A stretch of DNA of 64,000 bases from Eledone cirrhosa (lineage: Eukaryota), in contig OZ024758.1 in the NCBI GenBank assembly GCA_964016885.1, forward strand, positions 26,536,001 through 26,600,000, in the 5' to 3' direction. Position numbers and translations under genes: made by a program. Shown here piece by piece: positions 11,768-22,433 of the stretch (positions are counted from its first letter, which is position 1; each line of letters starts with the position of its first letter). The notes beneath the pieces are model-generated. The model was not told the origin of the DNA, did not search any database, and saw nothing but the letters and a program-made list of their open reading frames with translations.

Positions 11768-12108
11768 TCATCATCATCATCATCGTTTAACATTCATATT
11801 CCACGCTTGCATGGGTTTGGATGGGAGTTTTCCCACTTGAGGCAAGAGTGGTTGTCTTGCTCGCATAGGACTGTCTGGCGGGTTTTCTACGGCTGGATGC
11901 CCTTCCAAACACCAACCACATTTACAGTGTGGACTGGGAGGTTTTTACCGTATTACCTACACGGCCACATTACAGCGTGGACTGTGTGTTTTTTTGTCGT
12001 GACACCTACACGACCTCATTTGTTTCGGCCTGGATGTTGTGGTACCAACATAACTTTACATTGAAAGGGGTGGTGAGGATGGGGTGGGGGTAGTGGGACG
12101 GGGGTGTA
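11768..12108 (-). mobile_element. SINE-like element with a C-rich, non-tRNA 5' end (also ~23190-23523 and ~29724-29885)
   Basis: Three copies share the TACACCCCC 5' boundary and the GGAAGGG-containing module; this copy and 23190-23523 also keep the (GAT)n tail. Confidence 0.65.
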
Positions 12109-12176
12109 TTTTGTTAGAGGTGCCTACTGACTGTAGTAGGTTTCACTTTGTACTTAGGTAAGGCGGGTCTTCTCTA

Positions 12177-12745
12177 TTACTGTGTAGCACCAAAGATCTC
12201 GGTCCAGTGACATTGTCTTGGAGAGGTGTGTGTGAGGTCGGAATTTATCAAGTCGTCCCAGGTTTTTCTGGGTCTGCCTACTCCGTGGCTACCGTCTATT
12301 TTGATTGCCCTGCACTTTTTTATACAGCTGTCGTCTTTCATGCGCATCACGTAACCATACCAACGTAGCCTTCTCTCGAGTAAACAACATCTGATCCCTC
12401 TTATTTCTAATTTCTCCCTTAGTTCGTTTATGCTTTGCCGTTCACGTATATTACTATTACACATCCAGCGGAGCATGCAAGCTTCGTTTCTCTCCAGTCT
12501 GCGTATATCCTCTGCACACAATGCCCAGGTCTCACTGCCATGTAACATTGCTGTTCGTATGCAGGCATCATACAGCCTGCCTTTCATTTTTAGAGAGAAC
12601 CCTTTAGCGGCCAATAGTGGTATAAGCTCTCTGAACTTTTTCCATCCCGTTCTGACTCTAGCTACTGTACTTTCAGAGCACCCTCCCCCACTGCTGATTT
12701 TATCACCCAGGTAACGGAAACTGTCCACTATTTCTATAGAACCAG
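12177..12745 (-). mobile_element. RTE-clade LINE 3' fragment (RT C-terminus)
   Basis: ORF FRYLGD...LHGSETW...RRLRWYGYVMRM...GRPRKTW, typical of the RTE ORF end. Confidence 0.85.
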
Positions 12746-13039
12746 TTAGTATTCTGTGGGCACTTGCTGCTACTTATTTCAGGAAAAAAGTAGTGCCTTC
12801 GACACCAGGAAATATGGTAAGTGTCAGTCATTTATTTTATAAGTAAAATAAGATGCTTGAATTTGTGTATGCAATTCCTATTTTCACTACTTCAATACTC
12901 AAAGCTGGAACAAAAGCCCCAAAAACTAAGTTGTCACCAAAAATTATAAATAAAAGCCCCAAAAACTAAGTTGTCACCAAAGATTATAAACGTCATTGCC
13001 GCCATCCACTAAATTAATTAATTTAAAATTTAAAAACGT

Positions 13040-13435
13040 AGCTATTTGGTATTCGTACCACCCCTTACCATGTATCTTGGGTAATGACTCGAAGAATACG
13101 ATTGCGAATACAAGCGACCAAAATAGGGTTCCTCCAAAGGGTCTTTGGAGTAACGTTACTCGATAGAGTGCATAGCTCGGAAATCCCAGATCACAGCTCT
13201 AATACTATGGACACGTGGTTAAAATGTCTCAGGAAAGAATCGCTTGACAGATTTTAAGGGCAAAACCAGCAGCTGGCAGGAGACCCAGAGGTTGATCCCG
13301 AGCAAGATGGTTGGATAAAATCCATGATCTTGGCTTGTCTCACTTGGGTATCCAGCTGGAGACAGTTGCTGACACGATCCACTTGAAGGAGTGTTTGAGG
13401 ACTCTGCTCCAACGACCTTCACAAGAATAAGTGGA
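13040..13435 (+). mobile_element. Degenerate RTE (Expander/Rex3-like) 3' fragment; related copies ~37100-37800 (+) and ~62025-62228 (-)
   Basis: Frameshifted YGHVVKMSQERIA..RRPR motif; mutual nucleotide similarity among the copies. Confidence 0.6.
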
Positions 13436-13534
13436 CAAACAAGAAGTAGCAGCTATGTAATTACATACAGCTGAAACATTATAGTTCTATTTAGTTGTAT
13501 TGTAATAGGTTTTATTTTTCAATATCAATTCATT

Positions 13535-14890
13535 TTCATCATCATCATCATCTTACGTCCGCTTTTCCCTGCTTACAAGGGTGGGACGGGAACTGATTCT
13601 GGCTTGATTTCTACAGCTGGATGCCCTTCCTAACACCAACCTCATTTACAGTGAGTGCTGGGTGCTTTTTTGCCGTGGCACCTACACGACCACTTTGCAG
13701 TGTGGGCTGGGTGCTTTTTTGCCGTGGCACCTCCACGTCCACTTTACAGTGTGGGTTGGGTGCTTTTTTGCCGTGGCACCTCCACGTCCACTTTACAGTG
13801 TGGGCTGGGTGCTTTTTTGCCGTGGCACCTCCACGTCCACTTTACAGTGTGGGCTGGGTGCTTTTTTGCCGTGGCACCTCCACGTCCACTTTACAGTGTG
13901 GGTTGGGTGCTTTTTTGCCGTGGCACCTCCACGTCCACTTTACAGTGTGGGTTGGGTGCTTTTTTGCCGTGGCACCTCCACGTCCACTTTACAGTGTGGG
14001 CTGGGTGCTTTTTTGCCGTGGCACCTCCACGTCCACTTTACAGTGTGGGCTGGGTGCTTTTTTGCCGTGGCACCTCCACGTCCACTTTACAGTGTGGGCT
14101 GGGTGCTTTTTTGCCGTGGCACCTCCACGTCCACTTTACAGTGTGGGCTGGGTGCTTTTTTGCCGTGGCACCTCCACGTCCACTTTACAGTGTGGGCTGG
14201 GTGCTTTTTTGCCGTGGCACCTCCACGTCCACTTTACAGTGTGGGCTGGGTGCTTTTTTGCCATGGCACCTCCACGTCCACTTTGCAGTGTGGGCTGGGT
14301 GCTTTTTTGCCGTGGCACCTCCACGTCCACTTTACAGTGTGGGCTGGGTGCTTTTTTGCCATGGCACCTCCACGTCCACTTTACAGTGTGGGCTGGGTGC
14401 TTTTTTGCCGTGGCACCTCCACGTCCACTTTACAGTGTGGGCTGGGTGCTTTTTTGCTGTGGCACCTCCACGTCCACTTTACAGTGTGGGCTGGGTGCTT
14501 TTTTGCCGTGGCACCTCCACGTCCACTTTACAGTGTGGGCTGGGTGCTTTTTTGCTGTGGCACCTCCACGTCCACTTTACAGTGTGGGCTGGGTGCTTTT
14601 TTGCCGTGGCACCTCCACGTCCACTTTACAGTGTGGGCTGGGTGCTTTTTTGCTGTGGCACCTCCACGTCCACTTTACAGTGTGGGTTGGGTGCTTTTTT
14701 GCCATGGCACCTCCACGACCACTTTGCAGTGGACAGGGACCCCAGTCCCTATCATCTCATTTCTATAGCTGAGTAAACTGTAGCAATGTGAAATAAAGTG
14801 TCTTACTCAAGGAAACAACACATCACCCAGTCTGAGAATTGAATTCACAACCTTTCGATTGCAAGGCCAATGCTCTAACCACTAAGCCAT
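13535..14890 (-). mobile_element. Near full-length CORE-SINE B with an internal 49-bp minisatellite expansion (~13645-14730, ~22 units)
   Basis: SINE head and tail flank the unit CCACTTTACAGTGTGGGCTGGGTGCTTTTTTGCCGTGGCACCTCCACGT. Confidence 0.9.
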
Positions 14891-15344
14891 ATATATATAT
14901 GTGTGTGTGTATATAATATATATAGTAGAAGTAGTAGTTTCAACCTTTATAAATTCAATCTCACTTCAACTTTAAATGTCACAACAACCACACAAAAAAA
15001 ATACAGAAAGAAAGAAAGAAGAAAAAGGATAAATACTTATAATTTCAAGTCCCATTTCAACTGTAAATGTCACTACACCCATCGGAAAAAATACAGGAGA
15101 AATAATAAAAACCTTCTGTATCACATCAGAGTGTTTAAATTTTAAAAGAGAATAAATTGTATTCTATGATTTATTGAAAATGTTTTTTATATTGTTACTG
15201 AAAATACTGAAAACAGAGTAAAAATAAAAGCAAACATCATTTTCAGTAGATTTAATCCATAATATCTAAATAGATGATTTGATAAAAGGGAGGAAAAGAC
15301 TGAGTAGTTCTTGTGGTTGTTGTTTAGCCTTAAGTCTTGTTTAA

Positions 15345-15552
15345 CCCTTTAGCATTTACATTACTCTATATATACTAATGTATTTTCATGGTAAAGGCTT
15401 TACCTCTCATAATATCGAAACTATGAGATTTTGATGTTATTTATTTTGAGAACAATACCTTAACATCAGTATGAGCAGCCCATTACAACTGGTTTGAACA
15501 GAAAGATGTGATAGAATTCTGGCCAGATATGGCCGGTTTAAATGCTAAAGGG
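15345..15552 (+). mobile_element. piggyBac-like MITE
   Basis: TTAA-CCCTTTAGCATTTA ... TAAATGCTAAAGGG terminal inverted repeats. Confidence 0.75.
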
Positions 15553-15851
15553 TTGATTAACCCTTTAGCATTTACATTACTCCATATATACTATTGTATT
15601 TTCATGGTAAAGCCTTTATCTTACATAATATTGAAGCTATGAGATTTTGATATTATTTTTTTTTTTAGAACAATACCTTAACATCAGTATGAGTGGCCAG
15701 TTGCAGCCATCCACCAAAATTTCCAATCACCTACAATTTTTGGATCCGTTGTTCATCACCCACACAACAGTTGACATCGCCCTCTGGTGGCTGATATTAC
15801 CCAAACTGGGAAACCCTGGGTTAGATGAATAAAATCATTATAATTACTTAC

Positions 15852-15929
15852 TTATAATAATAATTTCTGTAGGGAGCTTGTAATACCCAACCAGTTTGCT
15901 TTCGAGATAATCCCATGAAATCCAGTGTC
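15852..15929 (-). CDS. MRPL18: Mitochondrial ribosomal protein L18 (uL18m), coding exon 3
   Basis: tgcAG|...|GTAAGT, phase 2/2. Encodes (R)TLDFMGLSRKQTGWVLQAPYRNYYY(K), matching the MRPL18 segment RNLE..ARK..GW....P.R.F. Confidence 0.85.
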   Translation of the reverse strand, partial: DTGFHGIISKANWLGITSSLQKLLL

Positions 15930-15994
15930 CTGCAATTAAATTTAATAAAAATGATTTAGCAATGAAAATAGGATTTTACTTTCATTTAATCAAT

Positions 15995-16480
15995 TCATCA
16001 TCATCATCATCTTACGTCCGCTTTCCCTGCTTGCAAGGGTGGGACGGGAACTGATTCTGGCTTGATTTCTACAGCTGGATGCCCTTCCTAACACCAACCT
16101 CATTTACAGTGAGTGCTGGGTGCTTTTTTTCCGTGACACCTCCACGACCACTTTACAGTGTGTGCTGGGTAATTTTTTTTGCCGTGGCACCTCCACGACC
16201 ACTTTACAGTGAGTGCTGGGTGCTTTTTTTCCGTAGCACCCCCACGACCACTTTACAGTGTGGGCTGGGTGCTTTTTTGCCATGGCACCTCCATGACCAC
16301 TTTGCAGTGGAATGATAGGGATCCCAGTCCCTATCATCTCATTTCTACAGCTGAGTAAACTGGAGCAATGTGAAATAAAGTGTCTTGCTCAAGGAAACAA
16401 CACATCACCCGATCTGAGAATTGAACTCACAACCTTTTGATTGCAAGCCCAATGCTCTAACCACTAAGCCACGTGTCTCC
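15995..16480 (-). mobile_element. CORE-SINE B with 4 internal module repeats
   Basis: Same family; internal module tandemly repeated. Confidence 0.85.
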
Positions 16481-16522
16481 ATACATACTCATGAAATATA
16501 TAAACTCTAATGCTTTACATGA

Positions 16523-16800
16523 GGAGACGTGTGGCCTAGTGGTAAGAGTGTTGAACCTACGATTGTAATGTCGTGGGTTTGATTCCTGGGCTGGGTTGTG
16601 TGTTGTGTTCTTGAGCAAAACACTTCATTTCATGTTGCTCCAGTATACTCAGCTGAAAATGAGTACCAGCAATAGCTGGGGGTTTAACCCTACAATGGAC
16701 TGGCAACCTGTCCAGGGGAAAGCCTTGTGCTCTTGGTCACTTCACACCACGGAAACCAGGATAAGTACCGGTCTGATGAGCCTCCGAACTCGAGACAGAA
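16523..16800 (+). mobile_element. tRNA/CORE SINE variant 'C' (second copy ~53313-53545)
   Basis: A/B boxes and CORE segment, then AACCCTRCAATGGACTG...GGAAAC...CTGATGAGCCTCC in both copies. Confidence 0.7.
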
Positions 16801-16824
16801 ACAAAAATGCTTTACATGCATTAA

Positions 16825-17380
16825 CCCTTTACCATTTACATTACATGGAGGCACATGGCTTAGTGGTTAGAGCATTGGCCTTGCAATCGAAAGGTTGTGA
16901 GTTCAATTCTCAGACCGGGTGATGTGTTGTTTCCTTGAGCAAGACACTTTATTTCACATTGCTCCAGTTTACTCAGCTGTAGAAATGAGATGATTGGACT
17001 GGGGTCCCTATCATTCCACTGTAAAGTGGTCGTAGAGGTGCCACGGCAAAAAAGCACCCAGCACTCACTGTAAATGAGGTTGGTGTTAGGAAGGGCATCC
17101 AGCTGTAGAAATCAAGCCAGAATCAGTTCCCGTCCCACACTTGCAAGCAGGGAAAAGCGGACATAAAATGAAATGAAAATGAAATGATTACTCTATATAT
17201 ACTATTATATTTTTGTGGTAAAGGCTTTATCTCACATATTATCAAATCTATGAGATTTTGATATTATTTATTTTGAGAACAATACCTTAACATTAGTATC
17301 AGTGGCCAAGTTACGACTGGTTTGAACAGAAAGAGGTGAGAGAACTCTGGCCGGATATGGCCGGTTTAAATGCTAAAGAG
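16825..17380 (+). mobile_element. piggyBac-like MITE interrupted by CORE-SINE B (16847-17186)
   Basis: MITE halves join at a duplicated ATTAC around the SINE; TTAA at both ends. Confidence 0.8.
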
Positions 17381-18140
17381 TTAAACAATACATGATATAA
17401 ATTTATAGACAAAGCAAAAACATGAACATTTGCTTTTTCAGTACTGTGAATCCTCATCATTATTATAAACATTATTACACAGAGTTTTCCATGCCGGCAT
17501 GGGTTAAATGGCACTTTTTGAGGCAGTGTTTTATAGTCAGATGCCCTTACTGACTCCAACATTTCCATGCTGGCAGAAGCCCTTACTGACACCAACATTT
17601 CTAGTCCCTTCTTACAACATGTAGAGATACATAGTACTCAATTTAAACTAGATACACATGGATCAACATGACTGTGTTTAAAAGAACAATCATCATCAGC
17701 ATTTAAGATCCATTTTTCCACGCTAGCATGGGTTAAACGAGTTGTCCTGTTGTGGGCAATGCTAGATCAGGTGACCATGTCTTGCTCATACAGAACTGAT
17801 TTTGGTTTGATTTCTACAGCTGGATGCCTTTCCTAATGCCAACCTTAATTACAGTGTGGGCTGGGTGCTTTTTGTCATTCACCAACACGACCAGTTTACA
17901 GTGAGTACTGGGTGCTTTTTGTTGTGTCACCAACACGACCACTTTACAGTGAGTACTGGGTGCTTTTTGTCGTGACACCTACACGACCACTTTACAGTGA
18001 GTAGTGGGTGATTTTTGTTGTGACACCAAACATATATTTGCTCTTAAATCCCCAAGACTAAATAATCAAGTACAATGTTTGAATAATATTAAAAAAAAGA
18101 GCTTAATGAACTGCTTAATATTTAATGGGTCAACACTGAC

Positions 18141-18240
18141 CTTGGGTTTCGGTTGTAGAACATAGGGTTTACAATATAGCCATCATTTGGACCCTTTGGT
18201 TTATCATCATCGGAGGTGACTGATCTTGACAAGTTTGACC
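18141..18240 (-). CDS. MRPL18: MRPL18 coding exon 2
   Basis: ttcAG|...|GTCAGT, phase 1/2. Encodes (G)SNLSRSVTSDDDKPKGPNDGYIVNPMFYNRNP(R); F.NRNPR is the MRPL18 signature. Confidence 0.88.
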
Positions 18241-18264
18241 CTGAAATAGAAATTAAAATATTAA

Positions 18265-18472
18265 CCCTTCAGCATTTACATTACTCTACTATCATATTTT
18301 CATGGTAAAGGCTTTATCTCACATAATATGGAATCTATAAGATTTTTATGATGATATTATTTATTTTGAGAACAATATCTTAATGTCAGTATGAGTTGCC
18401 AGATATGGCCAGTTTGAACAGAAAGAGGTAAGAGAATTCTGACCGGATATGGCCGGTTTAAATGCTAAAGGG
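18265..18472 (+). mobile_element. piggyBac-like MITE
   Basis: TTAA on both sides; CCCTT...AAGGG termini. Confidence 0.78.
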
Positions 18473-20939
18473 TTAAAATAGTCAGTTTAAAAATATAAAT
18501 CATTTGCAAATGCTATAAAAACATGTCAGAGTCGTGACATACTCCCTAGTGTTGGTAATCTACATGATAAATGAACTCTGTAAAGCAGTTGGTGATAGAA
18601 AGACTTGTGTCCAAGAGGCATATATGTTACTGACCCACACTAGTCTCCTCTCTTCAGCCATACCTATCTAGATGCCCACTCTGTTTTTCTAAGTTCTCTT
18701 TGATGGCTCTCTTCCTGCTGCTTATTCCCATAATTCCCAGAGTTCTGGAGGTTTTGCTAAAGGAACGAACTACACCTGCTACTTCCTCTCCTGTACCTCT
18801 TCCATCTTCTCCGCCCAACAAAGCTCTGAAGTTAGCATCTCCCTATTAGTGATATATTGAGTGCCAACACTTTTTACTTTAGTTTTCACAGTAAAAAAAA
18901 TCTTCCACTATGATAACAATGGGTTTATATATAAAAAGAAAAAAGTCTTGTTCAAATATTAACCCTGTGAATTAATTCTGATATTTTAAGTTAATAGAAA
19001 AATACAGTAAGATTGAAACCAGTAATGTCAGAATTTAGTCGTTTATACAAAATAAAGACACATTTAAAATAATAAATGTCATCTGTTATCTAACACTGAC
19101 CTGTTAAACTAACAGCTTTGGTATTTTGAAATTTAGAATTTTCTGAAATAACAAATCAAATTAAGTATTGTATTTAAATCTGTTATGTTTAACTCAATTA
19201 TCTAGTCATTCTTTGTTGAAGAATATGTTAAAGATAAATTCATGATAAAAGAAATAAGGTTAAGATCTTTCTGATGCGCAGTTGCTCATCAAGTTGGAGC
19301 TTATCTCAGTTTAACTATCCCACCAGTCCATTGCAGGGTTAACCTTTTAACACTACTGGTAATACTCATTTTTTGCAGCTGAGCATTTTTTTGGACTGGA
19401 GCAATGTAAAATAAAGTGTTTTCCTAAAGAAAAAAACAAAGCACCACCCATCATAGGAACCAAACCCATGACATTACAATCATGAACCCAACACCCTAAC
19501 CACTACACCACTACATCATCACTCCAAGATAATAGAGTTTTGTATTACATTTACAATGGGAGTATTGAGAAATAAACTTTATTTTATAATTTGTTTACTA
19601 ATACTTTAACCAGTTTAGAAGAGCTATGAATGTGGAGGTGGTTTGGTGGGTACAGAGTTGGATTCACAACCGTGAAGGTGTGAGTTCGATTCCCAGGCTG
19701 GGTGATGCATTGTGTCCTTGAGCAAGACACTTTATTTCACGTTGCTCCTTCTACCAGGAGTTGCGACCGGTAGATAGCATTAGCAACTGGATGGAGGATG
19801 TCTGTCGGGATCAAGCTAGGCTTGGCCTGGCCCAAGTGAGACCAACAGACAGAAACACATGGAGCAGGACACTAAGGAATGCTGTCATGCAGGACCCAAC
19901 CCTACTTAAGAATTAATTGTGTCCTGCATAATCAAAAACTGGATGATAATGATGATGCACTGTTCATTTTCGTGCACTGTTCATTTTCCTGATGTTTGTG
20001 CATTGCCCTATGTACTGTACATGCACTTTTTGATGAGTTGTGGTGCACCTGGGCACTGTACACAATATTTCATTATTATTATTATTATTATTATTATATC
20101 ATGGCTCATACACTGTTCATTTTCCTGACATTTGTACATTATTCTATGTACTATACATGCACCTTTGATGAGTTGTAGTGCACCTGAGCACTGTACACAA
20201 TAATTTCATTATATATCATTATATATTATATTTCATTATATATTATATGAATGGAAACATTGTTTCCTTGGTTCAAGCTGTTGAGTTCCACTCCACTCGG
20301 TAAACAAACAAGGTCTGGGATCTTCATGATGCAGATCAAATGAACAGCAGAATTGATAGAATAACAGACAAAATACCCAACAGTATTTAGTTACAGTTCA
20401 TTACATTCTGAGTTCAAATCCCAGAAGGGTTGCTATTGATTTTCATCCTTTCAGTATCAATAAAATATAAGTACCACTCAAGTGTTGGGTTCAAAATAAC
20501 TGCTTATATCCTCCCCACAAAAGTTGAAGCATTCTGTCTATATTAGAAATCAATATTTTGGTCTCTATAAAGAGAAAGTGCCAGACAAAATGCCTTGTGG
20601 TATTTAACTGCATCCCTTTAAATTCTGAGTTCAGTTACCCACTTCTAAATTTATATGGTCTTTCTATTTAGACAAGAAAAATGAATAACAAATTCCTTAC
20701 CCAGCTTGGTTGTAGCTGTGATGGGTAAATGGAACTAAAATGACTTATTTATTTATTTTATTCTTGACCTATACCATCTGGCATCTTTTCACTCAACCTC
20801 CCAACCCCAGAGCAGTGCCTAGCTCAACACAGTACCATCAATTTCAACTGGTACTCAGCTGAACAGCGATTGCTTGTGCATCGATTATTGCCTGAAGTTT
20901 TAGCCTCCAGATCTTTGAGCTTCACAAATGCCCTTGCAG

Positions 20940-21455
20940 ATTCACTACAAATTCTTTCAGTCTCCACCCACTGCCATACCATTATAGTGCTGGCTGCCTC
21001 CCATACTGCTCTCAACAAGATTTTCTAAAGCATTTCCTGGATGGCACAGGCATCCCTTCCCATCTCGACCCAAGGGAGCTGGACTGATGGGATGGCAAAG
21101 GCCAGATGGCAACACAATCTCCCATTCTCTCCCATTCTGTGAGAGTAGGCTCCTTATCTATGATGCCCCATGTTGTGACACCTTCTCTAGCAGCAACCTG
21201 TGCCCAGGCTTCACTACCCGCCAGACCGAAGAGGTCAAACTCTCAAAGTATCGGTCACTCTCTAATAGGTTTGTGGTTGAGCCCATGGCAATGGAGACTT
21301 CCGGTGTTCTTGGACCCTGGATCACATCCCTACTTACTATTGAAGTGGAGCTGGCTACAAGTAAGTGCAAGCCCCACGGGGTGAAGTGGCTATTCCAGCG
21401 CATCTCCTGTGTCGTCCTCCGGGACAATGTCAGCTGGCACTACGAGGCAGACTGA
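20940..21455 (+). mobile_element. Degenerate CRE-like non-LTR retrotransposon, C-terminal restriction-like endonuclease region
   Basis: RPDG.T...L.YD....DT....K.SKY..L...F..EP.A.ET.G..G...LFQRIS..V.R.N motif series. Confidence 0.7.
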
Positions 21456-22249
21456 CTCTTAAGTTTCATTTATGGTGGCATGTGGAATAGATTTACTTCC
21501 ATAAGTAGGTTACGAAACGAAACACAATGTTACTAACATTCTTAATCTGATGTTTGGAATATAATTTTTACAAACCCATCAACCTACAAAAATAGTTATT
21601 TCTTTTTAACCCTTTAGCATTTACTTTACTCTATATTTACTATTGTGTTTTCATGGTAAAGGCTTTACCTCACATAATATCCAATCTATATGGTTATATC
21701 AAATTGTAAGGGATACAATTCTTCCTTAAAACATAAGAGTTACTTCCCTTGTATCAGTTTCAATAATTATTTGAAAGTATTTTATTGACAGTCAATCGTC
21801 TGCAATTCTTTCAGAATGAAAATATAAACAAAGCATATGAATAAATTTACAGTAGAATAACATAACAAATATGTTTTAAATATATACAACAATATACAAC
21901 ATTATAAATTGCTCGCGATTCTTCCAGAAAGATATATTTGAAAGTTAAAGATGAGAGAAGAGCGTTGTAGTGTTGAGTTATGTCCCTTTAACAGCTTGAC
22001 TGCTTTTCACTTGAATGTAGTCAATAAATACTTTGACGCTAAACTCCGCCAGTTGCAGACTGCGCATCAACAGGAGATAACATTAGCAATTAGATGGAGT
22101 TGTAAAAAACAAGCATCCAGTTGTAAAATCCAAGCCATAAAGATATAAACACAGGGTAGATGGGATACTTTAGTCTTTTCAGAGAGCTCTCTGGTGCTGG
22201 TGGCACAAATGATACACCCAGCCCACATCATAACCTATCCATGTCAGAA

Positions 22250-22433
22250 ATAATTGTTTCTACTTTAGGCACAAGGCCAGCAATTACCCAGTGCATTACT
22301 GGTACTTTATTTTATCGACCCCGTAAGGATGAAAGGCAAAGTTAACCTCGGCGGGATTTGAACTCAGATCGTAAAGGGACGTAACTATGCTGGAAAGCAT
22401 GGCGTCCGACTCTCTACCGATACTGCCAATCCA
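22250..22433 (-). mobile_element. SINE family A
   Basis: A box TGGCAGTATCGG and B box GAGTTCAAATCC on minus. Confidence 0.8.

Noticed and set aside
7777-14776. Cys/Trp-rich repeat ORFs, or a CRISPR-like array
   Set aside because: 49-bp tandem units with no unique spacers, cycling through frames; eukaryotic context and no cas genes.
1-15851. MRPL18 exon 4 (expected ..SAST.EW.I.. segment), including a 12-nt AG/GT candidate near 3256-3268
   Set aside because: No matching sequence found by eye, and the 12-nt candidate introduces a stop. Remaining exons probably lie left of the window.
16770-16800. CTGATGAG as a hammerhead core in SINE variant C (also ~53518)
   Set aside because: No stem II closing onto GAAA (GAGA instead) and no compatible stems I/III.
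16847-16920. tRNA genes (e.g. Cys-like loop TTGCAAT) at SINE heads
   Set aside because: Poor acceptor and anticodon stems, and always fused to the CORE body; these are SINE promoters.
21900-22070. Promoter-like motif cluster (CTCGCGA, TGCGCA, GAGTTATGTCCCTT)
   Set aside because: Short motifs only, with no associated exon or other support.
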